In this document: positions 43,987 through 55,600 of the stretch, in pieces
Position numbering within the stretch: the first letter of the stretch is position 1
Layout of the letters: each line of letters begins with the position of its first letter
Assembly (NCBI GenBank): GCA_002269645.1
Contig: NIVC01002267.1
Location: 1 to 64,000, forward strand
From: Macrostomum lignano
Taxonomy: Eukaryota
Length of the DNA stretch: 64,000 nucleotides
Direction: 5' to 3'
Made by a program: the position numbers and the translations under genes
Notes under the pieces: generated by a model
What the model saw: only the letters and a program-made list of their open reading frames with translations
Databases searched by the model: none
What the model was told of the DNA's origin: nothing

Positions 43987-46900
43987 TCACTCTTCCTCAG
44001 TTTCTGCGGGTGGCGGTCTGCCTGGCGGCCAGCTCTCTCTGGCTCTGATTTGAAGTCTGACTTGGACCGCCAGCACCAGCTGGGTGACCAGTTCAAGTAG
44101 TTCGCAAATAGTCCGCACCGACACTCCCGACCACAGGCCCAGGGCGCCTGCGGGGCAGCGGAGAGGCAGATTCAGAAGGGAGCGGAGATCAGGCAGATTC
44201 AGAAGGGAGCGGAGATCAGGCAGATTCAGTAGGGAGCGGAGATCAGGCAGATTCAGAAGGGAGCGGAGATCAGGCAGATTCAGAAGGGAGCGGAGATCAG
44301 GCAGATTCAGAAGGGAGCGGAGATCAGGCAGATTCAGAAGGAAGCGGAGATCAGGCAGATTCAGAAGGGAGCGGAGATCAGGCAGATTCAGAAGGGAGCG
44401 GAGATCAGGCAGATTCAGAAGGGAGCGGAGATCAGGCAGATTCAGAAGGGAGCAGAGATCAGGCAGATTCAGTAGGCAGCGGAGAGGCAGATTCAGTAGG
44501 GAGCGGAGGTCAGGCAGATTCAGAAGGGAGCGGAGATCAGGCAGATTCAGTAGGGAGCGGAGAGGCAGATTCAGTAGGGAGCAAAGAGGCAGATTCAGTA
44601 GGGAGCAGAGAGGCAGATTTAGTAGGGAGCAGAGAGGCAGATTCAGTAGGGAGCAGAGAGGCAGATTCAGTAGGGAGCAGAGAGGCAGATTCAGTAGGGA
44701 GCAGAGAGGCAGATTCAGTAGGGAGCGGAGATCAGGCAGATTCAGAAGGGAGCGGAGATCAGGCAGATTCAGTAGGGAGCGGAGAGGCAGATTCAGTAGG
44801 GAGCAGAGAGGCAGATTCAGTAGGGAGCAGAGAGGCAGATTCAGTAGGGAGCAGAGAGGCAGATTCAGTAGGGAGCGGAGATCAGGCAGATTCAGAAGGG
44901 AGCGGAGATCAGGCAGATTCAGTAGGGAGCGGAGAGGCAGATTCAGTAGGGAGCAGAGAGGCAGATTCAGTAGGGAGCAGAGAGGCAGATTCAGTAGGGA
45001 GCGGAGATCAGGCAGATTCAGTAGGGAGCGGAGAGGCAGATTCAGTAGGGAGCGGAGATCAGGCAGATTCAGTAGGGAGCGGAGAGGCAGATTCAGTAGG
45101 GAGCAGAGAGGCAGATTCAGTAGGGAGCGGAGATCAGGCAGATTCAGTAGGGAGCGGAGAGGCAGATTCAGTAGGGAGCGGAGAGACAGATGTGCTGGGA
45201 TCTGTGCTGGGATGTTTTGCCAGATCAGTTGTCTGTGCTAGGAACAGTGCTGGAAGCGTACTAATACTCCAGGAATCTGTGCTCTGATCTGTTTAAATCT
45301 GTTTGACATGCATAAATTTTCTATCATACACAGGTAAGTGGAATCACAGTGCAGTCTACAAACTCACCGGGCGTTGCCAAGGGTATACAGCACAATCTCA
45401 CTCCCTGCCACTCCTATCTCACACTCTGTCACTCTTATCTCTACCTGCCACCAGTCACCACACTGAAGGCTCTGCCACCAGACTACCTGCCACCAGTCAC
45501 CACACTGAAGGCCCTGCCACCAGACTACCTGCCACCAGTCACCACACTGAAGGCTCTGCCACCAGACTACCTGCCACCAGTCACCACACTGAAGGCTCTG
45601 CCACCAGACTACCTGCCACCAGTCACCACACTGAAGGCTCTGCCACCAGACTACCTGCCACCAGTCACCACACTGAAGGCCCTGCCACCAGACTACCTGC
45701 CACCAGTCACCACACTGAAGGCTCTGCCACCAGACTACCTGCCACCAGTCACCACACTGAAGGCTCTCACAAGCTACCACCACACTGAAGGCTCTCACAA
45801 GCTGCCACCAGTCACCACACTGAAGACTCTCACAAGCTGCCACCAGTCACCACACTGAAGACTCTCACAAGCTGCCACCTTCCGCAGGTCAGTCAACGGC
45901 AGGCCTCGCGGCTGTCGGCACTTTCTGTCGTTCTCCGAGAAGTTCATCGCGATGATGCGGTCGGTAATGGAGCGCCGAGCTTCCCCAGCGCCCTGGCAGC
46001 GCGGTTCCAGCTGATGCACTGCCGGTGCGTGACGTAGGGCCGGAAGTGGCTCAGTTTCGGGGGCTGCGTGGGTTCCAGAGGCTCAAAGAGGATGCCATCT
46101 GAGTACACGGGGACTGCGGACTGGTTGCCTGAGTACTCCTCCCCTGAGTCGTGCGGCAGAGGCTCGGGTCCGCTGAAACGGTTTGGGGTCAGCTGGGGTC
46201 AGCAGGGATGAGTCACTATAGCAGACACTCACGGTAGCACACAGACACTCACCGGTAGCACACAGACACTCACCGGTAGCACACAGACACTCACCGGTAG
46301 CACACAGACACTCACCGGTAGCACACAGAACCTCACTGTGATACACAGAACCTCACTGTGACACACAGACACTCACTGTGACTCACAGACACTCACTGTG
46401 ATTCACAGATACTCACTGTGACACACAGGCACTCACTGTGACACACAAGCACTCAATGTGACAGACACTCACTGTGACACATAGATACTCACTGTGACTC
46501 ACAGACACTCACTAAGACACACACAGGCACTCACTGTGACACACAAGCACTCAATGTGACACACTCACTGTGACACACAGATACTCACTGTGACTCACAG
46601 ACACTCACTGTGATACTCACTGTGACTCACAGACACTCACTGTGACACACACAGACACTCACTGTGACACACACAGACACTCACAGTGACACTCACCAGT
46701 CCCAGTGAACTGCAGCGACTCAACCAGCTCATCCTCAGCCGCCATCACAGCCTCCGACAGAGCCTGTTCTGCATCGCTAAAGTGGCCGCTGGATTGATGA
46801 GGCGGGAAGCTGCTGGAGTCCGAGATGTCAAACTTGAGCAGCGCCTCAATCAGCGAGTTCTTGTACGGCTTGAACCCCGGCCGCTTGTAGGAATGCGAGC

Positions 46901-47219
46901 TCAGCTCCGTGCCGCTCTCTACCTGCCTGCTCAGCCTGCTCATGGGCACGTGATCAGCTGGGCCCAGGTGAATATCGGGGAACTGAAATTGCAGATTAGC
47001 GGTGACTCCGGTTGTCAAGGGAACGCTGAGATAATGAGCTGCCAGGCAGTACATGTGGTAGGCGAATCCGCAGTACGTGAGCAGAAGGAAGCTGAGCCAC
47101 ATCATCCTGCCGCAGCGGCTGCTCTGCGACCCCAGGCGGCCCAGGCCGTGAGCAGTCGTGTAGTTGGTGAAGTGCAGCAGCGACTGCCGCAGTTCTCGGT
47201 CCTCCAGGCCTGACGGCAT
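43987..47219 (-). CDS. DEG/ENaC (degenerin/FaNaC-like) channel, incomplete or disrupted; clear exons 47219-46697 and 44147-43987, probable middle exon ~46172-45880 with unresolved frame
   Basis: N-terminal FTNYTTAHGL motif, TM1 (MMWLSFLLLTYCGFAYHMYCL) and post-TM1 FQFP; terminal exon GALGLWSGVSVRTICELLEL matches TM2 (G-x-S belt). I could not find a cysteine-rich ectodomain. Confidence 0.75.
44155..45185. repeat. 24/27-bp purine-rich minisatellite (GGCAGATTCAGAAGGGAGCGGAGATCA) in the last DEG/ENaC intron
   Basis: About 40 copies; explains the Arg-rich ORF 44084..45241. Confidence 0.96.
45440..45875. repeat. 42-bp minisatellite (CTACCTGCCACCAGTCACCACACTGAAGGCTCTGCCACCAGA)
   Basis: About 10 copies; ORF repeats DYLPPVTTLKALPP. 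Confidence 0.95.
46225..46695. repeat. 18-20 bp minisatellite (CACACAGACACTCACTGTGA) in DEG/ENaC intron 1
   Basis: Read directly; begins at the donor site. Confidence 0.93.
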
Positions 47220-48228
47220 CGCGGCAGTGCTGCGAAATCCTATGTAATTGGTTTCTTGTAAACAGTATAAACTGAAAAGTGCAGGAAGGGATCTGTCCTG
47301 TCTGTCTACTATAGAAATATTGGGGATTTGTTAGGGATTAGTTATGATTTTGCCCCTGGGTTGCGGTCGTAGAATTCATTGTTTATTTTTCTTCATCTTT
47401 TCTCTTGGGGCACCATTACTGTCTACTACATTGTACGTTTGCCATAAAATGCTGCGGCGTGTGGATCGATACGAGCAACTTATGGGCTTGTGATCAACTG
47501 ATTTTTGTTTCTTTTTACTTTTTTTAATGCTATTTAGCTTAAAATGAGAGACAATTACCTCCACAATAGGGTTCAAGAGGCTGAGGGAGTAAGGGAGAAA
47601 AACGGGAAAGAGTGAAAGAGGACAGGACAGGAAGAGAGGCGGGAGTGAGGGGAGGAGAGGAGAGAGGGAAGAAGAGGAGGGAGGGAAGGAGTGGAAATAG
47701 GGAGAGGAGAGAGGGGGAGAAGAGAGAGGGAGAGGAGAGAGGCAGGGAGAGGAGAGAGGGAGAGAGAGAGGATGGATTTGGGAAAAACGCAAAGTGAGAA
47801 TAGTATTAATTTTGTTCATAAGTAAAGGTTGGGATTGTACGTACTATAAAATTGGTACAAAAGCCGTATTCAAAATATTGCATAAAATTGCCTGAATTTG
47901 ATAAGTGCAATAGAAAAATTACATTTCATTTTTCACCGACATGATTCCGTCATGTGATTCATACCGATCCTCGAGGAGACTCGAGAGTACGAACGCGCAC
48001 TCGTTGACCTGTGTGTTCTATTCGCTCAATTCTGTACAGATGTCATGTATAGTTAAATTGAGTCTAATCCAAAAGTCGAGGGAGGTACCAAACATGTTAA
48101 AATATTTAATATAGTTTCGAGATGTCAATCATAAAGTTAATCAAACTTTTCTCTTCCCCAATTTTAACCGATATGTTGAGTAAATCGCTTTTAGTAGGTT
48201 GATAATAAATTGATTAATAATGATTGAC

Positions 48229-48486
48229 TACACCTGCCCTAATGGGCAGATGTGCAACCGACAGCTCAGCCGCAGCTTCGGCTGTTCAGTCCAAGGACTG
48301 GGGGGTCGCCACACACCTTTCAATCACCCCAGCTAATGCTGGCACCCATTTTACAGCTGGGTGAACTGAAGCAATGCAGAGTTAAGTGTCTTGCTCAAGG
48401 ACACAAATTGTTCCAAGTGGGGTCGAGAATCGAACCCCCGACCCTCCAGTGGTGATTCCGACGCTCTAACCTCTGGGCTATAACCC
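48229..48486 (-). mobile_element. tRNA-derived SINE family A (CORE-like), full length
   Basis: Reverse strand: A-box TAGCCCAGAGG, B-box GGTTCGATTC, core TGTGTCCTTGAGCAAGACACTTAACTCTGCATTGCTTCAGTTCACCCAGCTGTAAAATGGG, 3' end ATTAGGGCAGGTGTA. Confidence 0.87.
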
Positions 48487-48589
48487 TTTTAGTTGGGTGG
48501 AAATTATTATTACGAGAATAGCTATTCTTATTATTCTTATATTTGTAGTAAAGTACCTCCTCCTATTAAGTACTTTATTGTTATCATAA

Positions 48590-49712
48590 GCCATAGAACT
48601 TCGATACCTACATGCATATACTGAATCCCATAGAACCCTACAGAGAACTGCAGGACCTATTATATACTAAATCCCATAGGACCCTACAGAGAACTTTGGG
48701 ACCTATATAAAGAATCCCATAGGACCTTTTTATTAGAGGCAGGGGGGTTGTGTGCACCCTGGCGCACTTTAAGCGACATAGGCACACAACCGGCGAGAGG
48801 CATTACTGCCCATTCCGCCGACTCCCCTGAGCAGGCATACAAGCGCGCGGATACGTACGCAGGCACACACTAACACAGGAGTGTACAGCGGCCCTAACTT
48901 TATTTTATCGTTAGGCATGTACACTTCACTGCGCCTTGGGGGGTTGGCTCTCAAGGCCGTAAATTGCACAAGCAGAGCCAAGCCGAGATTCCAATTCAGC
49001 CCCAAATTAATGTAACTGCACTTGGAATCGAGCCTGGGTCGCTGGCACACCAGAGCAGCTGCGCTACCGCTGGGCTACGGCCCCCCTCCCATAGGACCTT
49101 ACAGAGAACTTCGGGACCTTTATACAGAATCCCATAGGACCCTACAGAGAACTTTGGGACCTATATACAGAATCCCATAGGACCCTACAGAGAACTTCGG
49201 GACCTATATACAGAATCCCATAGGCCCTACAGAGAACTGCAGGACCTATTTACAGAATCCCATAGGCCCTACAGAGAACTGCAGGACCTATATACAGAAT
49301 CCCATAGGCCCTACAGAGAACTGCAGGACCTATATACAGAATCCCATAGGCCCTACAGAGAACTGCAGGACCTATATACAGAATCCCATAGGCCCTACAG
49401 AGAACTGCAGGACCTATATACAGAATCCCATAGGCCCTACAGAGAACTGCAGGACCTATATACAGAATCCCATAGGCCCTACAGAGAACTGCAGGACCTA
49501 TATACAGAATCCCATAGGCCCTACAGAGAACTGCAGGACCTATATACAGAATCCCATAGGCCCTACAGAGAACTGCAGGACCTATATACAGAATCCCATA
49601 GGCCCTACAGAGAACTGCAGGACCTATATACAGAATCCCATAGGCCCTACAGAGAACTGCAGGACCTATATACAGAATCCCATAGGCCCTACAGAGAACT
49701 GCAGGACCTATT
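48590..49712. repeat. 42-bp minisatellite (CCCTACAGAGAACTGCAGGACCTATATACAGAATCCCATAGG) interrupted by a SINE
   Basis: Period 42 read directly (e.g. 49261 vs 49303). Confidence 0.95.
48727..49086 (-). mobile_element. tRNA-derived SINE family B, full length
   Basis: Reverse complement of 40964-41335; flanked by TCCCATAGGACCT at 48715-48727 and 49087-49099 (possible TSD, though this sequence is also part of the host repeat unit). Confidence 0.9.
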
Positions 49713-50199
49713 TAGGAACTTACAAGCTAGGATTACAGATAAAGCTTACGTACCTTGCTTAAATGTTAGCTGTTAAGAAACTTAACCTGCGTGAATTCAG
49801 AATTTAGTATTTAGTTGCAGGGAAGGTCAGTCTCATTTTTTCCATCAAGAGAGGAAAATCAAATGCAATATTGTAATATTTTCTGAGCCAATCGCTAGCC
49901 AGAGAAGATGGATACGATTTGGTTGGATATGACCATGGCTTCTGTTCCCTTCTATTTGCAATCCAATACAACTACAGCCTCTTAAGAGAGAAGAGTGTGC
50001 TTTAACCTTAATGATTTACCCTGCTTACTCCCAGCTCCTAAGAAATTTTACACTCCCGATTGACTATAATCAGTATTTAAGTTTGGAGTGTTGAACTTGG
50101 AAAATGATGTCTATTATTTTCCTGAAATTTTGAAAAAATAGCCAATTCTCCTTAAGAATCCTTCAGCTAGTTTTCTGTAAAATGACTAATTCCATTTCA

Positions 50200-50545
50200 A
50201 CCTAGTTTCCTGGAAAATGGCAAATTCTCCTTAAGAATCCTGAAAATGACAGATTCTCCTTCAGCTAGTTTCCTGGAAAATGGCAGATTCTCCTTCAGCT
50301 AGTTTCCTGAAAAATGGCTAATTCTTCTTCAACTAATTTCCTGGAAAATGGCTAATTTCCTGGAAAATGGCTAATTCTCCTTTAGCTAGTTTCATTGAAA
50401 ATGGCTACTTCTCCTTCAGCTAATTTCCAGGAAAATGGCTAATTCTCCTTCAGCTAATTTCCTGGAAAAGTTTCGAGTCTCCTTGAGCTAGTTTCCTGGA
50501 AAAGTTTCGAGTCTCCTTGAGCTAGTTTCCTGGAAATGTCAATAG
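50200..50545. repeat. ~34-bp degenerate minisatellite (GGAAAATGGCTAATTCTCCTTCAGCTAGTTTCCT)
   Basis: About 10 copies. Confidence 0.85.
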
Positions 50546-51319
50546 TCCTTAAACGGATTTCCCGGAAAACGACAAGTCTCCTGCTGTTGATTTTTTAGAG
50601 AATAGCAAACTACTCGTCTGTCTCTTTTTTCAAGAAATTCGAGATCATTTGTCTTTAGTTTTCTGAAAAAATAATAAAATCTTCTTTTGTTGGTTCATAA
50701 AAAATGTCAAAATTTTTTCCGTTGATTTCCTTTGATGTTAAAGGAAAATCTTTAAAATTGGAAAATGGGCAGTTTTCTTGTCTATTTCTCTAAACAATTC
50801 CATGCATAGCTTTTTCACTTCCTTTCTTGTAACAAATTTATTGATTTCCAATAAAATTAAGCTTACGATTTCTTAGAAAATTGCAGCTTCATCTGTTAAT
50901 TTCTAAGAAAATAAAAACGTTATATCTCGGCCCTAAAATTGTGTAACAGGTTCGTCATTATAATGGTACAATAGCAATGAAATAATTTTAATTATCAAAA
51001 CGTCCTTTCTCTGTCATGTTGCTCCTTTCAAGACTTCCACAGTCCTTGATAAGTCCTTGTGAGTACTGCCTGAGAACTCAATAAGCACGCGTAACAAGCT
51101 TGCTCGTCATCTGTATTCCATGGATGTTGCTGTGCGAATCTCGTATTTAATTACGAGAGGCCATTCAAGAATTCTGAGTTGATTAGGCGATATATTGGAG
51201 TTCTGACAAAATATTACTATGCCAGTGTATGACCACTCTAAGAAATCGACTTTGCGACCATCTTCTAAGAAATGACTTTTACAGCCAAAATTCGAAGACT
51301 TATAACAATCCTTCCAAGA

Positions 51320-51860
51320 AATCGAATCATGGTCTATGTCCATGATTCTAAGAAATCGATTGTCTATGGCCATGATTCTAAGAAATCGATTGTCTATGAC
51401 CATGATTCTAAAAAAGCGATTGTCTATGACCATGATTCTAAAGAAATCGGCTGTCTATGGCCATGATTCTAAGAAATCGATTGTCTATGACCATGATTCT
51501 AAAAAAGCGATTGTCTATGACCATGATTCTAAGAAATCGGCTGTCTATGGCCATGATTCTAAGAAATAGATTTTCTTTGGCCATGATTTTAAGAAATCGA
51601 TTGTCTATAGCCACGATTCTAAGAAATCGATTGTCTATGACCATGATTTTAAGAAATCGATTGTCTATGACCATGATTTTAAGAAATCGATTGTCTATGA
51701 CCATGATTTTAAGAAATCGATTGTCTATGACCATGATTTTAAGAAATCGATTGTCTATAGCCACGATTCTAGGAAATCGATTTTCTATGGCCATGATTTT
51801 AAGAAGTCGATTGTCTATGGCCAGGATTCTAAGAAATCGACTGTATATGACTATCAGTCT
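51320..51860. repeat. 30-bp minisatellite (CCATGATTCTAAGAAATCGATTGTCTATGA)
   Basis: About 18 copies. Confidence 0.95.
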
Positions 51861-52611
51861 AATAAATGCACTATGCATGACCATAAGTAAGTTATAGAGT
51901 ATTCATATATAATATAATTATACACGTGATATAAGAAATCAATCAAAAATTATCAATCGAAAATACGCCTAATTTACGTGTAGAACTACTGAAAAAACTA
52001 TATGCAAGTAGTGTGCACAAATTTTTCGAAATTTCAAAATTTAACGGGTTTTAAAGTTCAAATTCCTTTTTATTTAAATAGGTTTTGGACAGATTTTTCA
52101 AGCACTGATAATTTACAAATCGTTCACAACGTTGGCATAGCAAATATTGTATTTCCAATCAGGAAAAGTTAATTTCCGAGTATGCCTCATAGCTTTACAA
52201 TAGAAAAATTGCACCTATAGCGCATTTTTCGCTTGGCACACAAACGCACAAGAAGTGCAGGAATGAAATTGGGTATTGAGTAGCCAATGGAGACAGAACA
52301 CAGACGCAGGTAAACAGAAAGGTAGAGAGAGATGAGGGTGGAAGGGTCAGAGAAAATGAAGTGGGGGTAAGAAAAGTTTGAGCAGCAAGAGAAGTTTCAG
52401 CTTCAGAGACCAATGCTGAGTACAGTTGAAGGCACACATAGCACCCACCGTATCTTTTTACTCTGCACTTGCCCGACACAAAAGCGCGGCTCTCCCACTA
52501 GAAATGTCTGTGCTCATTAGTTTACCCTGTCACCTTAAATTTCTTCCAAGAACGGTTTCTCACTAAACTATATTTTCGAGTTAATATTGAGCAGTAAAAG
52601 TTTGTACTTAG

Positions 52612-55600
52612 CAGGGAAAGTCTGCTTTCACATCCTCAACTCAGATCCTTTGGTTATGGCGACATTGTACTACAGACCGTATACCAGCGATGTAAGTGCA
52701 TTGTTTCTTTTGCTTTGCCTTCAAATGACCAACTCGGAACCGAAAAACTCACAAATGACCAACTCGGAAACCAAACATTTCAAATGATCAACTCGGAAGC
52801 CAAACATTTCAAATGATCAACTTGGAACTAAAATCTCAAATGACCAACTCGGAAGCCAAACATTTCAAATGATCAACTTGGAACTAAAATCTCAAATGAC
52901 CAACTCGGAACCACAAATAATCCCAAATGATCAACTCGGAAACCAAACAATCCCAAATGACCAACTCGGAACCACAAACAATCCCAAATGACCAACTCGG
53001 AACCACAAACAACCCCAAATGACCAACTCGGAACCACAAACAACCCCAAATGACCAACTCGGAACCACAAACAACCCCAAATGACAAACTCGGAACCACA
53101 AACAGCCCCAAATGACCAACTCGGAACCACAAACAACCCCAAATGACCAACTCGGAACCACAAACAGCCCCAAATCCGAAATACCCACCACCACAGCCAA
53201 TCACAGACGGCGACCTACCCGAGGAGGTCGGCAGTTCGACGCCCCTACCAGCCGGGGCCCTCGCCGACTATGACTACATTTTCCCATCTGGTCCAGCTAG
53301 CACAGCCCGGCGTCCTCCCGGAGGCGCAGCCGCGGCCGCAGCCCCGCTGAGCAACTCGCTGGTGCCGAAGCTGCACAACAACGGGCCGGACTATATCGCC
53401 CAACTTGATGGCCAGCTGGGAGAGATCGAAAAGTACAGAGACGCGCTGCGCAAGATGGGCCAGGACATCCTGTCGCTGCGCGACCGGGTTCGCGAGTTGG
53501 AGATGGAGAATTCCGCGCTCAGACGGGATCTGGGAAGTTATTCGGATGCGTCGAAAATTCTTCAGGACAGCGTGGAACTGGATGGCATTCCCAGGGCTGA
53601 GCTCATGGCTCGCTATGGTGAGAGTTCCGCTCCCTCCCATGCTCATCCGCTCTCTCCTATGCTCATCCGCTCTCTCCTATGCTCATCCGCTCTCTCCTAT
53701 GCTCATCCGCTCTCTCCCATGCTCATCCGCTCTCTCCTATGCTCATCCGCTCTCTCCTATGCTTATCCGCTCTCTCCTATGCTCATCCGCTCTCTCCTAT
53801 GCTCATTCGCTCTCTCCTATGCTCATCTCTCCTATGCTCATCCGCTCTCTCCTATGCTCATGCACTCTCTCCTATGCTCATGCGCTCTCTCCTATGCTCA
53901 TGCACTCTCTCCCATGCTCATCCGCTCTCTCCTATGCTCATGCGCTCTCTCCTATTCTCATTCGCTCTCTCCTATTCTCATCCGCTCTCTCCTATTCTCA
54001 TCCGCTCTCTCCTATGCTCATGCACTCTCTCCTATTCTCATTCGCTCTCTCCTATTCTCATCCGCTCTCTCCTATGCTCATGCACTCTCTCCCATGCTCA
54101 TCCGCTCTCTCCTATGCTCATGCGCTCTCTCCTATTCTCATTCGCTCTCTCCTATGCTCATGCGCTCTCTCTCAACCTTATCACGTCTCTCCCAAGCTTA
54201 TCAAATCTCTGCAAAGCTTATCAAATCTCTCCAAGCTTATCAAATCTCTCCCAAGCTTATCTAATCTCTCCAAGATTATCAAATCTCTCCCAAGCTTATC
54301 TAATCTCTCCAAGCTTATCTAATCTCTCCAAGCTTATCAAATCTCTCCCAAGCTTTTCAAGTCTCCCAAGCTTATTAAATCTCTCCAAAGCTTATCTAAT
54401 CTCTCCCAGATTATCAAATCTCTCCCAAGCTCATCAAATATCTCCCAAGCTTTTTAAATCTCTCCAAAGCTTATTAAATCCCCCAGGCTGATCAACGCTC
54501 TCACGTTCTCTTCCGCAGGTTAACAAACTCTCTGATTTGCTGTTTTGCCACTTCTATTTCCGCATTATAAAATCCTCCCTACTCAAATTGTGCCATTTAT
54601 CTGCAGCCGCCCTGCGGCAGAACCTGCGCGGCAGCGTGGCCCAGCTGCAGCAGTACAAGGACAAAGTGCACCGGCTGCAAAACGAACTGATCGCTGGCAA
54701 CCAATCAGCGGCCGGCATGGAACGCCTGGCTGGCGCGCACGAGTCTCAGCAGCGGCTGCTTCAACGACTGCAGGAACGGGTTGCTAAGCAACGAAGCCTG
54801 GAGGAGGCCTGCGCCAAGCAGGAGAAAGTCATAGAAAAGATGGAGCGCCTATTGCGAGACAAGCGAAGCGGCGCCGGTCGAGACGAAGAAGCCAAAGCCA
54901 AAGCGTTGATGGAGGAGAACCGGAAGCTGAGAGACGAGATGACGGCGGTGAAGGCCAGCCAGCAGCAGAGACGCAACGGGATGGAGAGCTCGGAGAGGCT
55001 GGAGCTGTACCAGCTGCTGGACAAGGCCGAGACAAGGATTGCGTCGCTTGAGAAGCAGGTGAAGAAGCAGGCGTATTGAGGCGATATGTATCGAAAATTA
55101 CTTTTTGCACAGAATGAATTATGCATGTGACATTGTAGCTCGTAGCAGTCTGAATAAATAGCGGTGGCTCGCTGAAGGATTCCAGGAGTTAGCTTAGGTA
55201 GCCATGTCACTATAAAGGTGTCAGCAGGGTGTCAAATAGGGTGTCAGTAGAGTGTCAAAATTGGGGGTCAGTAGGGTGCCGAATTGGGGGGTCAGTAGGG
55301 TGCCGAATTGGGGATCAGTAGGGTGCCGAATTGGGGGTCAGTAGAGTGCCGAATTAGGGGTCAGTAGAGTGCCGAATTGGGGGTCAGTAGAGGGGTAAAT
55401 TGGGGGTCAGTAGAGTGCCGAATTGGGGGTCAATAGGGTGCCGAATTGGGGGTCAGTAGGGTGCCGAATTGGGGATCAGTAGGGTGCCGAATTGGGGGTC
55501 AGTAGGGTGCCGAATCGGGGGTCAGTAGGGTGCCGAATTGGGGGTCAGTAGGGTGCCGAATTGGGGGTCAGTAGGGTGCCGAATTGGGGGTCAGTAGGGT

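Noticed and set aside
44084-45241. 385-aa Arg-rich ORF resembling an RS or protamine-like protein
   Set aside because: It is the antisense reading of an intronic minisatellite within the DEG/ENaC gene.
49700-52600. Possible upstream CCDC33 exons (e.g. near 49900 and 51030)
   Set aside because: Splice-like signals exist, but I could not assign reading frames or homology with confidence.
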